A DNA stretch of 64,000 nt from a virus, in the IMG/VR virus record IMGVR_UViG_3300046777_002658, positions 132,878-196,877 of that record, one strand, 5' to 3'. The notes beneath the pieces are model-generated. The model was not told where the DNA came from and did no database searches. It was given only the letters and a program-made list of their open reading frames with translations. The translations under genes were made by a program, and so were the position numbers. Shown here piece by piece: positions 1 to 9,234 of the stretch; within the stretch, counting starts at the first letter, position 1, and every line of letters starts with the position of its first letter.

Positions 1-177
1 TAAAGAACGAACAGCAGCGCAAAGCTTTTATCCTTGACCAAAAGTTTAAACCTGGCAGTCCGTGGAAAGAAATGTTTGTACAAGTCGAAAATCTAAAGAT
101 GGAGTTACAACAAGTAATGAGGGAGTACAGGATAGAGATTATAGTTTTCTCTGCTAACTGCAAGGGTGTTTTAGACA

Positions 178-759
178 GTGAACTACCAGAGGAGGACTCC
201 TCATTTGGCTTCTAGCGAACATCTTGGGTATCACAGGCATGAGCTGCCTATAATCTACAGCGAAGGTTCTAGACTTCGTAAAATATTGGTTAACAAAGTA
301 GAAAAACTGTTTAACCAGTACAAGAATTGCTTAAGAATAGAAGGCTCTATCTTAAGTATGTACGAGTATGACTTTGACAATCTTATGATCTACGAGATGC
401 TGAGAGCTACTTGTAGCAATGGTGCACAAGAGTTATTAAAGACTTGGGAGAGTGAATCAACAAGAATTATCCAAGAGGGTGTTTTAGCAGCTTGGCTATC
501 TATTGATGGTTATAAATTAAGTAGAGAGATTCATAAACAAGCTGGAGAGCTGTCTTACGGGTTAGTTCTTAAGCATCCTGTAGCAATCAAAAGAGCTGCT
601 TCATACCTTGCTGGGTTTACAAGGCAAGATGAGATGACTGGTTTAATGTCTGCTAAGAAAGTCTCTCGATGCCATAACTTTGCTGTAGACAGAGCAATGC
701 AAAGAAATCCGCATAAAAGTAAGACAGAGATTGAACTTATTGTACGACCTTATAAATGA
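178..759 (+). CDS. Hypothetical protein (193 aa)
   Basis: Long ORF coupled to the next gene by ATGA overlap; no motif recognised. Confidence 0.6.
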   Translation: MNYQRRTPHLASSEHLGYHRHELPIIYSEGSRLRKILVNKVEKLFNQYKNCLRIEGSILSMYEYDFDNLMIYEMLRATCSNGAQELLKTWESESTRIIQEGVLAAWLSIDGYKLSREIHKQAGELSYGLVLKHPVAIKRAASYLAGFTRQDEMTGLMSAKKVSRCHNFAVDRAMQRNPHKSKTEIELIVRPYK

Positions 760-1250
760 AAAACTGTCCTGATGAGTTTTACAGCCAATGTGCTAATGCT
801 CTGAAAAAGTGTAAGGTTTGTGCTGCTGGGGCAGGTAGTAACAACTGTAAGGTGTTTTACCAATCTTTAACAGGAGAAAACCCCCAGCATCCTTATAAAC
901 CAGACCAGCGGAAGCAGAAGAGACTAAAGCAAGCTAAAGAAGTTGAAAAGAAACAACTGCAGGGAATTGCTAAAGCAACTCTTCGCTCTGGTGCTGCTTT
1001 TGGTAATGGTGACGGTGAGCTGCTATCAGGTACTCTTAGGCTGGAAACTAAAGACCGAGGAGTTAAAAAGTCTTGGAACCTAACCTTACCAGAGTATGAA
1101 AAAGGTCAACAGCAAGGAATCGACATTTATGGTATCACCATCACCCACCCTGTGACAGGTAAAAGCCTCACAATGTACATGATGGAAGAAAGAATAGCCG
1201 GGCATCTTCTAGCACTGATTCAAAAAGAACAAACTAAGGATAAAGACTAA
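756..1250 (+). CDS. Putative PD-(D/E)XK nuclease / Holliday junction resolvase-like protein with N-terminal Cys cluster
   Basis: RSGAAFGNGD...LRLETK resembles the SGx..GD..ExK signature of phage resolvases; lies next to recA. Confidence 0.45.
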   Translation: MKNCPDEFYSQCANALKKCKVCAAGAGSNNCKVFYQSLTGENPQHPYKPDQRKQKRLKQAKEVEKKQLQGIAKATLRSGAAFGNGDGELLSGTLRLETKDRGVKKSWNLTLPEYEKGQQQGIDIYGITITHPVTGKSLTMYMMEERIAGHLLALIQKEQTKDKD

Positions 1251-2311
1251 TGGCAACAAAGAAAACTGTAGAAGCCGAGCCAGTAAGTTCTCTGTTTGAA
1301 AGGCTATCAAAAAGTCATTCAGGAATGATTCGTAAAGCTGGCACAATACCTTTAACCGAAAGGATTCCTACAGGTATAGCTGGTTTAGATGTTGTCACAG
1401 GTGGAGGCTGGCCTAAAGGGAGAATCTGTGAGATATCAGGGCCAGAGAGCATGGGTAAATCAGCTATGATGCTGCAGTGCTGCAAGCAAGAGATTAAAGC
1501 CGGGAACGAACCTTTGTTTGTTGACCTTGAAAGAACTTTAACTCTTAACCATATTGATAACCTAGAAGAGCATAGCAAGCGTATTGAAAGTAATCAGGAA
1601 AGAATAGTAGCCTACGGTCTATCTGAGAATCTGACAGTCGGCTATCCTGTGTACGGTGAAGAGACTATTGATTTAGTTTTAAAAGCTGTAGAGCTAGGGT
1701 CTACTTTACTAGTAGTAGACTCCCTGCCTTTAATGATTCCAAAGAGTGTTGCGGATAAGATTGATGATGATTCAACTTACACAGCTCCAGCAATGGCAAT
1801 CGCAGGAATGTTTAACAGACTAGCAGGTAAGCTAATCAGAGGTGTAGAGCTTGCTGGGAGTTGTCTTGTCTTTATCAACCAGGTTAGAGATAAAGTCAAC
1901 TCTATGCACGGTGGAACTCACACTCCTGGGGGTCACTCTATCCACCATGCTTTTTCTTTGAGAATAGAGCTTACCCACTCTATAAAAGACAAAGACAAAC
2001 CAGGTCTGATCAGAACTCACATAAAGATTATCAAAAACAAAACTCACACACCGCTGTTAACAACAGAGATACCAATTCTTAATGGTGTTGTCCAGCTGGG
2101 GCGATCGCTTGTCTTTGAGGCTGTTAAGGTTGGCATCATAGAAAAGAAGGGTGCTTGGTACAAGTTTAGTCAGGAGTACCTTACTTTAAACAACATAGAG
2201 AAAGAAAACGTTGGGAATGGTGAAGAGAAAGCCGGGGAGTTTCTAGAAGCTAATCAAGAACTTTACTCTTTAGTATATAAAGATGTTTTAGTGAGGAATG
2301 GGATTGTATGA
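1250..2311 (+). CDS. recA: RecA-family recombinase
   Basis: IPTGIAGLD..GGGWPKGRICEISGPESMGKS (Walker A), LLVVDSL (Walker B), VFINQVR, IKIIKNK, GAWY. Confidence 0.95.
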   Translation: MATKKTVEAEPVSSLFERLSKSHSGMIRKAGTIPLTERIPTGIAGLDVVTGGGWPKGRICEISGPESMGKSAMMLQCCKQEIKAGNEPLFVDLERTLTLNHIDNLEEHSKRIESNQERIVAYGLSENLTVGYPVYGEETIDLVLKAVELGSTLLVVDSLPLMIPKSVADKIDDDSTYTAPAMAIAGMFNRLAGKLIRGVELAGSCLVFINQVRDKVNSMHGGTHTPGGHSIHHAFSLRIELTHSIKDKDKPGLIRTHIKIIKNKTHTPLLTTEIPILNGVVQLGRSLVFEAVKVGIIEKKGAWYKFSQEYLTLNNIEKENVGNGEEKAGEFLEANQELYSLVYKDVLVRNGIV

Positions 2312-2490
2312 GCTTAGATAAAAAAGACCAGGAGCGAGCATACCTAACTCGCATAACCAAGAACTTAACTAATGCTGAAAAAAAGCTTGAAAGAGCTGAA
2401 GCTAATCTACTGCAAGCTAAAGCTTTAAAAGAAAAAGCTACTAGAGAGTTAGCTGACTATAACAATTTAGCAACTAACCAAGATGGTTGA
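2308..2490 (+). CDS. Small coiled-coil protein
   Basis: 60-aa heptad-rich ORF overlapping both neighbours. Confidence 0.6.
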   Translation: MSLDKKDQERAYLTRITKNLTNAEKKLERAEANLLQAKALKEKATRELADYNNLATNQDG

Positions 2491-4891
2491 CATAATAACC
2501 AGAACCAAAAAGCTGTTTGAGTACATAACATCGTTGGATGCTTACTCAGCAGCCTGCAGTTTTCTTTTTGGTTCTCAAAGATTAGCTGTGGATACAGAAA
2601 CCTGTGTAAGAGAAGAATGGCTGACTAAAAAGGGCTCGGCTCTAGATCCGCACACAGGCAGAATATCTTTGATTATTATACAGAAGCCAAAAAGTCTACC
2701 CTACGTCTTTGACTTGTTTCACTTAGAGGCTGCTGGCTATAACCCTCAGATGCTCATAGATGTTCTGGAATCAACTGTAGAGTATCAGCTTGGAGTTAAT
2801 TACAAGTTTGATATGCAGTTTATGAAAGGAACTCTAAACTATATGCCAGAGAGGGTCAAAGATGTTCTGATAATGGGTAAACTGATTAGTAATGCAACTG
2901 GCTCTAAGGTTGGTAAAGGTCATGGTCACAGCTATGCTGACTTAACTAGAGAGTACCTCAACGTTCACATCACAGGTAAAAAAGACCTTAGAACCTCATC
3001 TTGGGGGTTAGGTCTTTCTGCTAGATCCTTGGATAGTGAGTGGTGGTATGAGAAGATTCTTTATGCTGCTACTGACGTGAAGTACCTCTTTCAACTTCAC
3101 GACATTATGGAGAAGGTAATATGTGACCCTTTGCCTAACTCTCCCTTACTGGGTTGGAATGGTGACTCTGGCTCTTATGGTTTGGGAATGGCTAGAGTCC
3201 TGAAAAGAGAATCTCAGTTCATTCCTATAATCGCTGAGATGGAATATGGGGGTATGCCAGTCTCCCTAGAGACAATGACTCTGTACCAAGAAGGCGTGAC
3301 AGAGGCTCTAGAAGACTGTGGAGTGTACTTATCCAAAGAATTAGAGCTGGACACCCCAATCAGAAACTGGGAGGGAAGGCTTGTGCCTACTACCAAAGCC
3401 CTTAAGATGTTGAGGTCTTCAACTGGCTTACTGGATATACTTCAGAAGGCTATTAACATGAAGAAGATTAGTGATGTGCAGGGCGTCACTCTTAAAAGGA
3501 TGCTGGACATAATTGACCTTCTTCACTCCTTTAATAAGGAAGATACAGGGGGTGATGGAGAGTCAGGAGTCGAGGACATCTTTATCAACAGTGAAGAAGA
3601 GAACCTGTTTGGTGAGCTGACCATTATGGAAGAGTCAGAACTACTAGCTATTAGTCCAGTAGTTAAGTCTATCCTAGAGTTTAAGAAGCTAACCAAACAA
3701 GAGGGGATGGACTTGAGAAAGTTTGTTAATCCTGTCACAGGAAACATACATCCTAAGTATGACCAATTAGGAGCAGCTACAAGCCGATCTTGTATAGCTG
3801 CTGGAATGAAAGTACAAGTACCAGGAGGTCAAAAGAACATAGAAGATATCCGAGTAGGAGACTATGTTTACTGCTACACAGAAGGGGGAAAACCCACTTT
3901 GAGAAAGGTTCTAAGAACTTGGTGTCATGGTGAGCAAGAAGTTGTTGCTGTTAAGTGGCAGAGTACGTCTAACAAGAGTGTAGTCGGTAAAGTATTATGC
4001 ACTCCAAACCATTTGTTCAAAACCAAACAAGAGGGGTGGGTGAAAGCAAAAGACCTTAAACGTTACCAAAAGATTTTTCATCTTCAAAGAGAAAGCTTAA
4101 CGCCTTCAGCTAAGAGAAGTAGTAGACCCAGACTTTATGGGACAAACTGCTTTATGGAATATGAGCAAGTAGTAATAAAGAGAGAGTATTTTAGTGCTCC
4201 TAATAACTGGCACATTCACCACAAAGATGAAAACCCTTGGAACAATAACTTATGCAACTTGGAGGTAATGACAGGTACAGACCATTTAAGACAACATAAG
4301 ATAGAAAGAGCAGAAAAAGGTTTAACCAAGTTTGAACACCTGTGCCTACCAGAAAATAGACCAAAGCTAAAACATGAAGCTGAACACCCTAGCTGGATTG
4401 AGAAAAGTAAGTTTCAACTACTGAAGATGTTAGCACAAGCTAAAGGGCACCCAGCCCAGGTAGACATGGACTTTGAGACCTTTAAGAGAAAGTGTGCTTT
4501 ATACTCTATAAACATCAAAGAAGTTACTTCTAGATATGGCAAAAATGGAGTATATCTGAACAGAGCCAACGTTAGAAGAGCTTTAGACTCAAGCAAAAAC
4601 ACTGAGATTGCTTCTAGAAAACTAGGAATTGGCACAAGACGCTTAATAGAAGTTTGTAGAAAGTTAGGAGTTAGCTACTCTAATCATTTTGTTACTTCTG
4701 TACGCCCAGCCGGTAAAGCTATTGTGTATGACTTAGAGGTAGAGGAGTTTAACAACTTTATTTGTGAGGAGCTATGTGTTCATAACTCTTCTTCTAACCC
4801 TAACAGTCAGCAGATAGGCAATAGAAGCCATGTTACTCTCACCTTTTCAAAACCTTGGTTTGCTCCCATTGGGATTGACCTTAACCTATAA
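2483..4891 (+). CDS. polA: Family A DNA polymerase, N-terminal part (3'-5' exonuclease + thumb/palm start), contains intein 1
   Basis: AVDTET (ExoI), NYKFD (ExoII), YAATD (ExoIII), IHPKYDQLGAATSRS|SSSNPNSQQI (TGRLSSxxPNLQ motif). Stops at 4889-4891 before motif A. Confidence 0.9.
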   Translation: MVDIITRTKKLFEYITSLDAYSAACSFLFGSQRLAVDTETCVREEWLTKKGSALDPHTGRISLIIIQKPKSLPYVFDLFHLEAAGYNPQMLIDVLESTVEYQLGVNYKFDMQFMKGTLNYMPERVKDVLIMGKLISNATGSKVGKGHGHSYADLTREYLNVHITGKKDLRTSSWGLGLSARSLDSEWWYEKILYAATDVKYLFQLHDIMEKVICDPLPNSPLLGWNGDSGSYGLGMARVLKRESQFIPIIAEMEYGGMPVSLETMTLYQEGVTEALEDCGVYLSKELELDTPIRNWEGRLVPTTKALKMLRSSTGLLDILQKAINMKKISDVQGVTLKRMLDIIDLLHSFNKEDTGGDGESGVEDIFINSEEENLFGELTIMEESELLAISPVVKSILEFKKLTKQEGMDLRKFVNPVTGNIHPKYDQLGAATSRSCIAAGMKVQVPGGQKNIEDIRVGDYVYCYTEGGKPTLRKVLRTWCHGEQEVVAVKWQSTSNKSVVGKVLCTPNHLFKTKQEGWVKAKDLKRYQKIFHLQRESLTPSAKRSSRPRLYGTNCFMEYEQVVIKREYFSAPNNWHIHHKDENPWNNNLCNLEVMTGTDHLRQHKIERAEKGLTKFEHLCLPENRPKLKHEAEHPSWIEKSKFQLLKMLAQAKGHPAQVDMDFETFKRKCALYSINIKEVTSRYGKNGVYLNRANVRRALDSSKNTEIASRKLGIGTRRLIEVCRKLGVSYSNHFVTSVRPAGKAIVYDLEVEEFNNFICEELCVHNSSSNPNSQQIGNRSHVTLTFSKPWFAPIGIDLNL
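3791..4786 (+). mobile_element. Intein 1 (332 aa) with HNH endonuclease
   Basis: Starts CIAAGMKV, ends VYDLEVEEFNNFICEELCVHN followed by Ser; internal HIHHKDENPWNNNLCNLEV..DHLRQH. Confidence 0.93.
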
Positions 4892-5111
4892 AGAGTTAAG
4901 CGTGCTCTCATGTTTTAGAGAAGCAGACCACATTTGTTATCCAGATACTAACCTAACCCGAAAGGAGGTGATGCTTGCGTTGAGCACCTTAAAAGCAAAA
5001 CAGTTGATAGTCCGCAGGCAATACTATCAACTGACTAAACGAGGAAAAGAAATAAAATGTCTTCTATTTGCCAAACCAGAAAACTTAGCTTTCCAGGAAA
5101 CCCCAGAGTAG
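4830..5111 (+). CDS. Small ORF spanning the polymerase split, possible winged-helix protein
   Basis: 93 codons open in a different frame across the whole gap; LTRKEVMLALSTLKAKQLIVRRQYYQLTKRG resembles a wHTH pattern. Confidence 0.45.
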   Translation: MLLSPFQNLGLLPLGLTLTYKELSVLSCFREADHICYPDTNLTRKEVMLALSTLKAKQLIVRRQYYQLTKRGKEIKCLLFAKPENLAFQETPE

Positions 5112-5161
5112 GATTTGAAGCCAAGCCGGGTAGAGTTCATATAAGCTGTGATTACGCGGGT
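5057..5161 (+). CDS. polA: DNA polymerase C-terminal part, exon 1 (not in ORF track)
   Basis: ATG at 5057 gives MSSICQTRKLSFPGNPRVGFEAKPGRVHISCDYAG, the R..F.A..G....DY lead-in to motif A; ends in U at a group I 5' splice site. Confidence 0.85.
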
Positions 5162-5798
5162 TAACTTTGAAGAGTAGATGCTTAAACCCATGATCAACCC
5201 AGAACTTTCTGCTTCACAAATACAGCAGTTGATAGCCGATTACCAGTCAGACAAACCTGTGGCTTCCATCAGAAAAGAATATGGTTTAGACCCATACCAC
5301 TTTTACAAACTCCTGCGAGAGCAGGGTGTAACTGTTAGTAGAAAACACTCTAAAAAAGCTTTAACTGAGCAGCAAGTGAAGCAGATAATGTCTGATTACC
5401 AGAGTTCCACACACGTGGAACAAATCTTGAGTACATACAACATAAGCACAAGTGTTCTTTACAGGCTAGTAAGAGAACATAATGTGGCAAGACGGAGACT
5501 ACCTTCGCTTTTGGGTAAAGCAGAGGAAATAGCATCTACTAACTAAATGGCCCCCTGCAGGCGTGAGCTTGTAGAGTAAACCTGGTTAACTAGGGGAACC
5601 CTAAGTCCTTATAGATATGGGAATCCCTAGCCAAGCCTAACAGGAATGATAGGAAGGTGTACAGACTAGAGTTAGTAAGCTAGAACAGCAGAGGACTCCA
5701 CGAACACCAGGCGTCTTGTAACCCAAGATGAAGAGATAGTCGAACCTCCAGTGAAAGCTGGAGAGGTAGGGATAAAGAACCTTACGAGAACATACAAG
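5162..5798 (+). ncRNA. Group I intron 1 in polA motif A, with ORF in loop L1
   Basis: Exon GGGU pairs with GCCC at 5550-5553 (U-G wobble at splice site); P7 GACUA 5664-5668 / UAGUC 5737-5741; terminal G 5798; splicing gives DYAG|QELITAAAWS. Confidence 0.92.
5178..5546 (+). CDS. Intron-encoded protein with two tandem HTH-like repeats, no nuclease motif
   Basis: Two similar units: L(S/T)xxQ(I/V)xQ(L/I)xxDYQS....I...Y.(L/I)....(F/L)Y(K/R)L(L/V)RE. Confidence 0.75.
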   Translation: MLKPMINPELSASQIQQLIADYQSDKPVASIRKEYGLDPYHFYKLLREQGVTVSRKHSKKALTEQQVKQIMSDYQSSTHVEQILSTYNISTSVLYRLVREHNVARRRLPSLLGKAEEIASTN

Positions 5799-7552
5799 CA
5801 AGAGCTAATCACAGCAGCCGCTTGGTCTAAAGACCCTACTATGGTTAACAGTTACTTGGTAGAACCAGAACTATGTCTACCTGATGGAACAAAATATCCT
5901 AACCCACTTTCTGACCTTCATTTAATTTCTGCTATGAACTGTGTAGCTCCTTCTCTTCCTTCTCTAGCAACAATATTTGTTGGTAAGCCAGAGTGGGAGT
6001 GGAGAAAGATAGCAGATAAAAGTGGAGCACGTAAGAGTGCTAAGTGTGTAACTGGAGATACTAAAGTTCTCACTTCCAGCGGATGGGTAGAAATTAGAGA
6101 GCTAGTGACACATAGGAAGGAAGGTTTTAAAGACTTTGAGAAACCTATACCTATTGCCTCAATTTCAGGTACTAAAGGAGCAACACAAGCTTATTACGGA
6201 GGAACACAAAAAGTCTTCAGATTAACTCTGAAAAATGGTTTAGAGATAAAAGCCACAGCAGAGCACAAATTCTTAGCCCAGACAGAGTTAGGTTTTGAGT
6301 GGGTCAAGCTCTCAGATCTCTCTAAAGGACAGCATTTAGTTATGAAATTAGGGTCAGATTTACACGGTCATAACTTATCCGTCCCCCAGATAAACTTGCA
6401 GGCAGTCACAAGTTACAAAGACTTAGAGATACCTAGTGAGTTAACACCAGCTCTCTCAAGATTTCTTGGGCTTTTAATATCTGAAGGAAGCCTTGAGAAA
6501 GAAGGTAATGGTTATTCAGTTTCTGTTGGTGTAGAAAAGGTAAGCATTGACTTTATACCTATTGTTGAAGAGTGTTTTTCAAGTCTCTTTAATAACAAGT
6601 TCTCTAAATGTTCTTCCAGTAAAGGGGTGCACTTTTTCATTAGCTCCGAAAAACTCTATTTATGGATGAAGCAGATAGAAGTTAAACCAGGCAGTGGCAA
6701 CCAGGCTATTCCATCTCTGATTAAACAAGCTCCTAAAGCCCTTAAAGTAGAGTTTCTAAAGGCTCTATTTGAAGGGGATGGGTGTGTTCATAAAGCAGTT
6801 GGCGGTGGCAACAAGATTTGCTACGACAGTAAGTCAAAGCAGTTATGTCTCGAGCTCCAGCTAGAGCTGTTAAATCTTGGTATTGCCAGCAATATCACCA
6901 AAGAGAAAAGGAAAAAGTATGGGTCTTACTGGAGGTTAAACATAACAGGGCGTAAACACATAAGTAGATTTGAGGAGCAGATCGGCTTTTTGACAGCTAC
7001 AAAGAAAGCTTCTTTAAAAGAGGCTATAAGCAATTCTCAGCATGGAAAGTCTGTAGTATTTGTACCTGGAGGGAGAGATTACTGGAGAGAAACCATAGAA
7101 AACCCTCTATGCCCTAAAGAGTATCTAGCTGACTTAAGACTACGCCTTCGTAGAAATATGTTAGTAGGAGAAACTTTAGTAGATAGGTTAAAGCCATTCA
7201 TAGTTGACTCAACTCTAAAACAACTGACTGATAACAACCTCTGGGTAGTTCCAGTTAAAGAAATTTTAGAGGATGGAGAGGAAGAAGTATTTGACCTTTA
7301 TGAGCCAGATACTACTGCAGCTATATTCAACGGAATAGTAGCCCAGGACTCCTTAAACTTTGGAAGCATTTATCTCATGTCTTACCAAACAGCTTCAGAG
7401 AACTTCTGTGTAAAGGAAGAGGTAGCTAAATCTTGGCTAACAGGTCACAGAACTACTTTTCCTGGGTATTATGCCTGGGCAGAAGAGTATGGAGCGATCG
7501 CAGCAGCTAGAGGATTTGCGATATCTCCAGTATCAAAGCTCATCAGATGGGT
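5799..7552 (+). CDS. polA: DNA polymerase C-terminal part, exon 2, contains intein 2
   Basis: QELITAAAWSKDPTM (motif A), DLHLISA, RKSAK|SLNFGSIY (motif B), TFPGYYAW, RGFAISPVSKLIRW. Confidence 0.9.
6045..7349 (+). mobile_element. Intein 2 (435 aa) with LAGLIDADG endonuclease and atypical C-terminus (Gln-Asp)
   Basis: Starts CVTGDTKV; FLGLLISEGSL and FLKALFEGDGC motifs; ends VFDLYEPDTTAAIFNGIVAQD|S; removal restores motif B. Confidence 0.9.
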
Positions 7553-7761
7553 TGGCAACTTCTTACAGCCCCGCTACCAAGTGATTGGTGGATGACAACT
7601 GGGTGAATTAGGTGAATCTCCTACTCTTATAACAAAGAGGGACAACGCCTAGCCAAGCTTACCAGGAATGGTAAGAAGGTCTAAAGACTAATGCTGTACC
7701 ACCAGAACGGTGATGAGAGCAACACGAGCGCCCAGCAACTTCTTAATTAACAACCAAAACA

Positions 7762-7992
7762 ATGCACAGGTTTGAGAAACTAATAGACCAGTGGGGTAGA
7801 CCAAATGGTGAAGTAATAAAAGACGAGGATATGAACTGTTGGTTAGATGCAGTAGCCTATGCCAGCTTAAGAACTAACAAAACAGGTATTCAGTATAAAG
7901 CTGTCTATAACCATCTAACAAGAGCTGTTCATGTTCTACCAGAAAGAAAGTATTTGACAGAGTTAGAAAATCAAACAGAGGGTCAAAAGTAA
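7762..7992 (+). CDS. Hypothetical protein inside intron 2 (76 aa)
   Basis: Starts 6 nt after the 5' P8 arm; coupled to the next ORF. Confidence 0.7.
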   Translation: MHRFEKLIDQWGRPNGEVIKDEDMNCWLDAVAYASLRTNKTGIQYKAVYNHLTRAVHVLPERKYLTELENQTEGQK

Positions 7993-8120
7993 TGAGCGAC
8001 ATTGATAAGCTAAAACAGTGGGTAAAGAGTGGAGCTGCAAAGCCTCCTGAAGGAGAAACAGCAGAGACTATGATCAGACATATAGACAAAATAGTTAACT
8101 CTAACCAGGGTAAGAAGTAG
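7992..8120 (+). CDS. Hypothetical protein inside intron 2 (42 aa; not in track)
   Basis: TAATG overlap; MSDIDKLKQWVKSGAAKPPEGETAETMIRHIDKIVNSNQGKK. Confidence 0.6.
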   Translation: MSDIDKLKQWVKSGAAKPPEGETAETMIRHIDKIVNSNQGKK

Positions 8121-8122
8121 TT

Positions 8123-8332
8123 ATGTTTGATAAACAGCCAGAGTTAAAAAATGCTTTCTTCTTACCAAAAGATGAAGATAAGTCAGTTAAGAACTCTGTG
8201 GCACAACATCTAGAAGCAGTAGTTTCTTGGGCTAAAAAGCAGAGGATTGGTAAAGAAGAAATAGATTCTTTTACCCTTACTGCAGCCGCAGAGTATTTCC
8301 TTAAGCACAAAAAGCAGATTAAAAAGCTTTAG
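8123..8332 (+). CDS. Hypothetical protein inside intron 2 (69 aa)
   Basis: Tightly packed ORF. Confidence 0.65.
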   Translation: MFDKQPELKNAFFLPKDEDKSVKNSVAQHLEAVVSWAKKQRIGKEEIDSFTLTAAAEYFLKHKKQIKKL

Positions 8333-8343
8333 CTAAAGCTTTA

Positions 8344-8556
8344 GTGGAACAGAATACAAAACTAGAACCTAACAGCACTAACACCAAACTAAAAGACCTA
8401 TTAACTTCTGGAGAGATAGTGCTGCCAGCTAACATGGAGTTTACAGAAGCACTACAGGTTCTGCATAGCCAAGCTATTTATGAGGCTAGTTTTGGTTATC
8501 TTAATGAACCACTGCCACCCGCTAAAGGTTTTGTAGTCACTAAGTCAAAGCACTAA
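8344..8556 (+). CDS. Hypothetical protein inside intron 2 (70 aa)
   Basis: Tightly packed ORF with GTG start. Confidence 0.55.
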   Translation: MEQNTKLEPNSTNTKLKDLLTSGEIVLPANMEFTEALQVLHSQAIYEASFGYLNEPLPPAKGFVVTKSKH

Positions 8557-8572
8557 AAATAGAGGCGTAAAT

Positions 8573-8713
8573 ATGACAGTCAACCAAAAGCCCAAACTTA
8601 AGTGTAAGCCCACTACTTCTAGCAAAAAGATAGTAGTAAAACCTAAGAAAGTGTATGACTGTCAGCTAGAGAATGATTTTGATGACAAACTATATGAATG
8701 GTGGAGTGATTAA
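8573..8713 (+). CDS. Hypothetical protein inside intron 2 (46 aa; not in track)
   Basis: GAGG upstream of ATG; TAATG overlap with the next ORF. Confidence 0.55.
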   Translation: MTVNQKPKLKCKPTTSSKKIVVKPKKVYDCQLENDFDDKLYEWWSD

Positions 8714-9213
8714 TGGTTAACAAGTACAATTTGCTGTTCTTGATAAAGCTGTCTAATGGAATAGCTCACGAGTTTAGAAGAACTAGCTTGCAGAAGACTT
8801 TGAAGGACGCAATAGAAGAAGCAATCAGTATAGAGTGTGCTGTTCAGTTTGACAATATTAACTTTGTGCTGCACTCTATTCTGTCAGAAGAGGGAGAAAC
8901 AGTATGGAGTAAACAACCAAAGCTAAAAAGGTTCTCCTTGAACTTTAGTGTTTACAGAGGAAGAACAACAATAAGCAAGAAAATAACAAGCGAGGTTGAA
9001 GCAGATTCAGTAGAACAAGCTAAAGTAGCAGCAACAGAATTAGCTAACAATCTAAATTGTGATTCTCTTATCACGTACACCCTAACAAGCATAGTAGACA
9101 AAGAAACAGGAGAAGAAGAATGGAGCATTTACTGGATAAATCCTAAGAAACTACAAAAAAACCTTCCTGATCCAGCACTAACACAATTGCTTAATACTTT
9201 CTACAAGTATTAA
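8713..9213 (+). CDS. Hypothetical protein inside intron 2 (166 aa, internal two-fold repeat)
   Basis: Two similar halves ending HSILSEEGETVWS and TSIVDKETGEEEWS. Confidence 0.75.
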   Translation: MVNKYNLLFLIKLSNGIAHEFRRTSLQKTLKDAIEEAISIECAVQFDNINFVLHSILSEEGETVWSKQPKLKRFSLNFSVYRGRTTISKKITSEVEADSVEQAKVAATELANNLNCDSLITYTLTSIVDKETGEEEWSIYWINPKKLQKNLPDPALTQLLNTFYKY

Positions 9214-9215
9214 GC

Positions 9216-9234
9216 AAGAAAAAAGAACAAAGAA
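9216..9234 (+). promoter_or_regulatory. Repeated motif AAGAAAAAAGAACAAAGAA, putative phage promoter or regulatory site
   Basis: Exact copy at 14705-14723; near copies at 20065, 25374, 31035 and 35042, mostly intergenic. Confidence 0.5.

Noticed and set aside
4892-5056. A fifth intron or known ribozyme in the polymerase gap
   Set aside because: No P3/P7 in the right order (TAGTC precedes GACTA), no group II domain V, and no hammerhead core recognised.
5751-5798. Track start of the 614-aa ORF (MKAGEVG...)
   Set aside because: These 16 codons are intron 1 P9 sequence; the coding exon begins at 5799. The tail GNFLQPRYQVIGG is intron 2.
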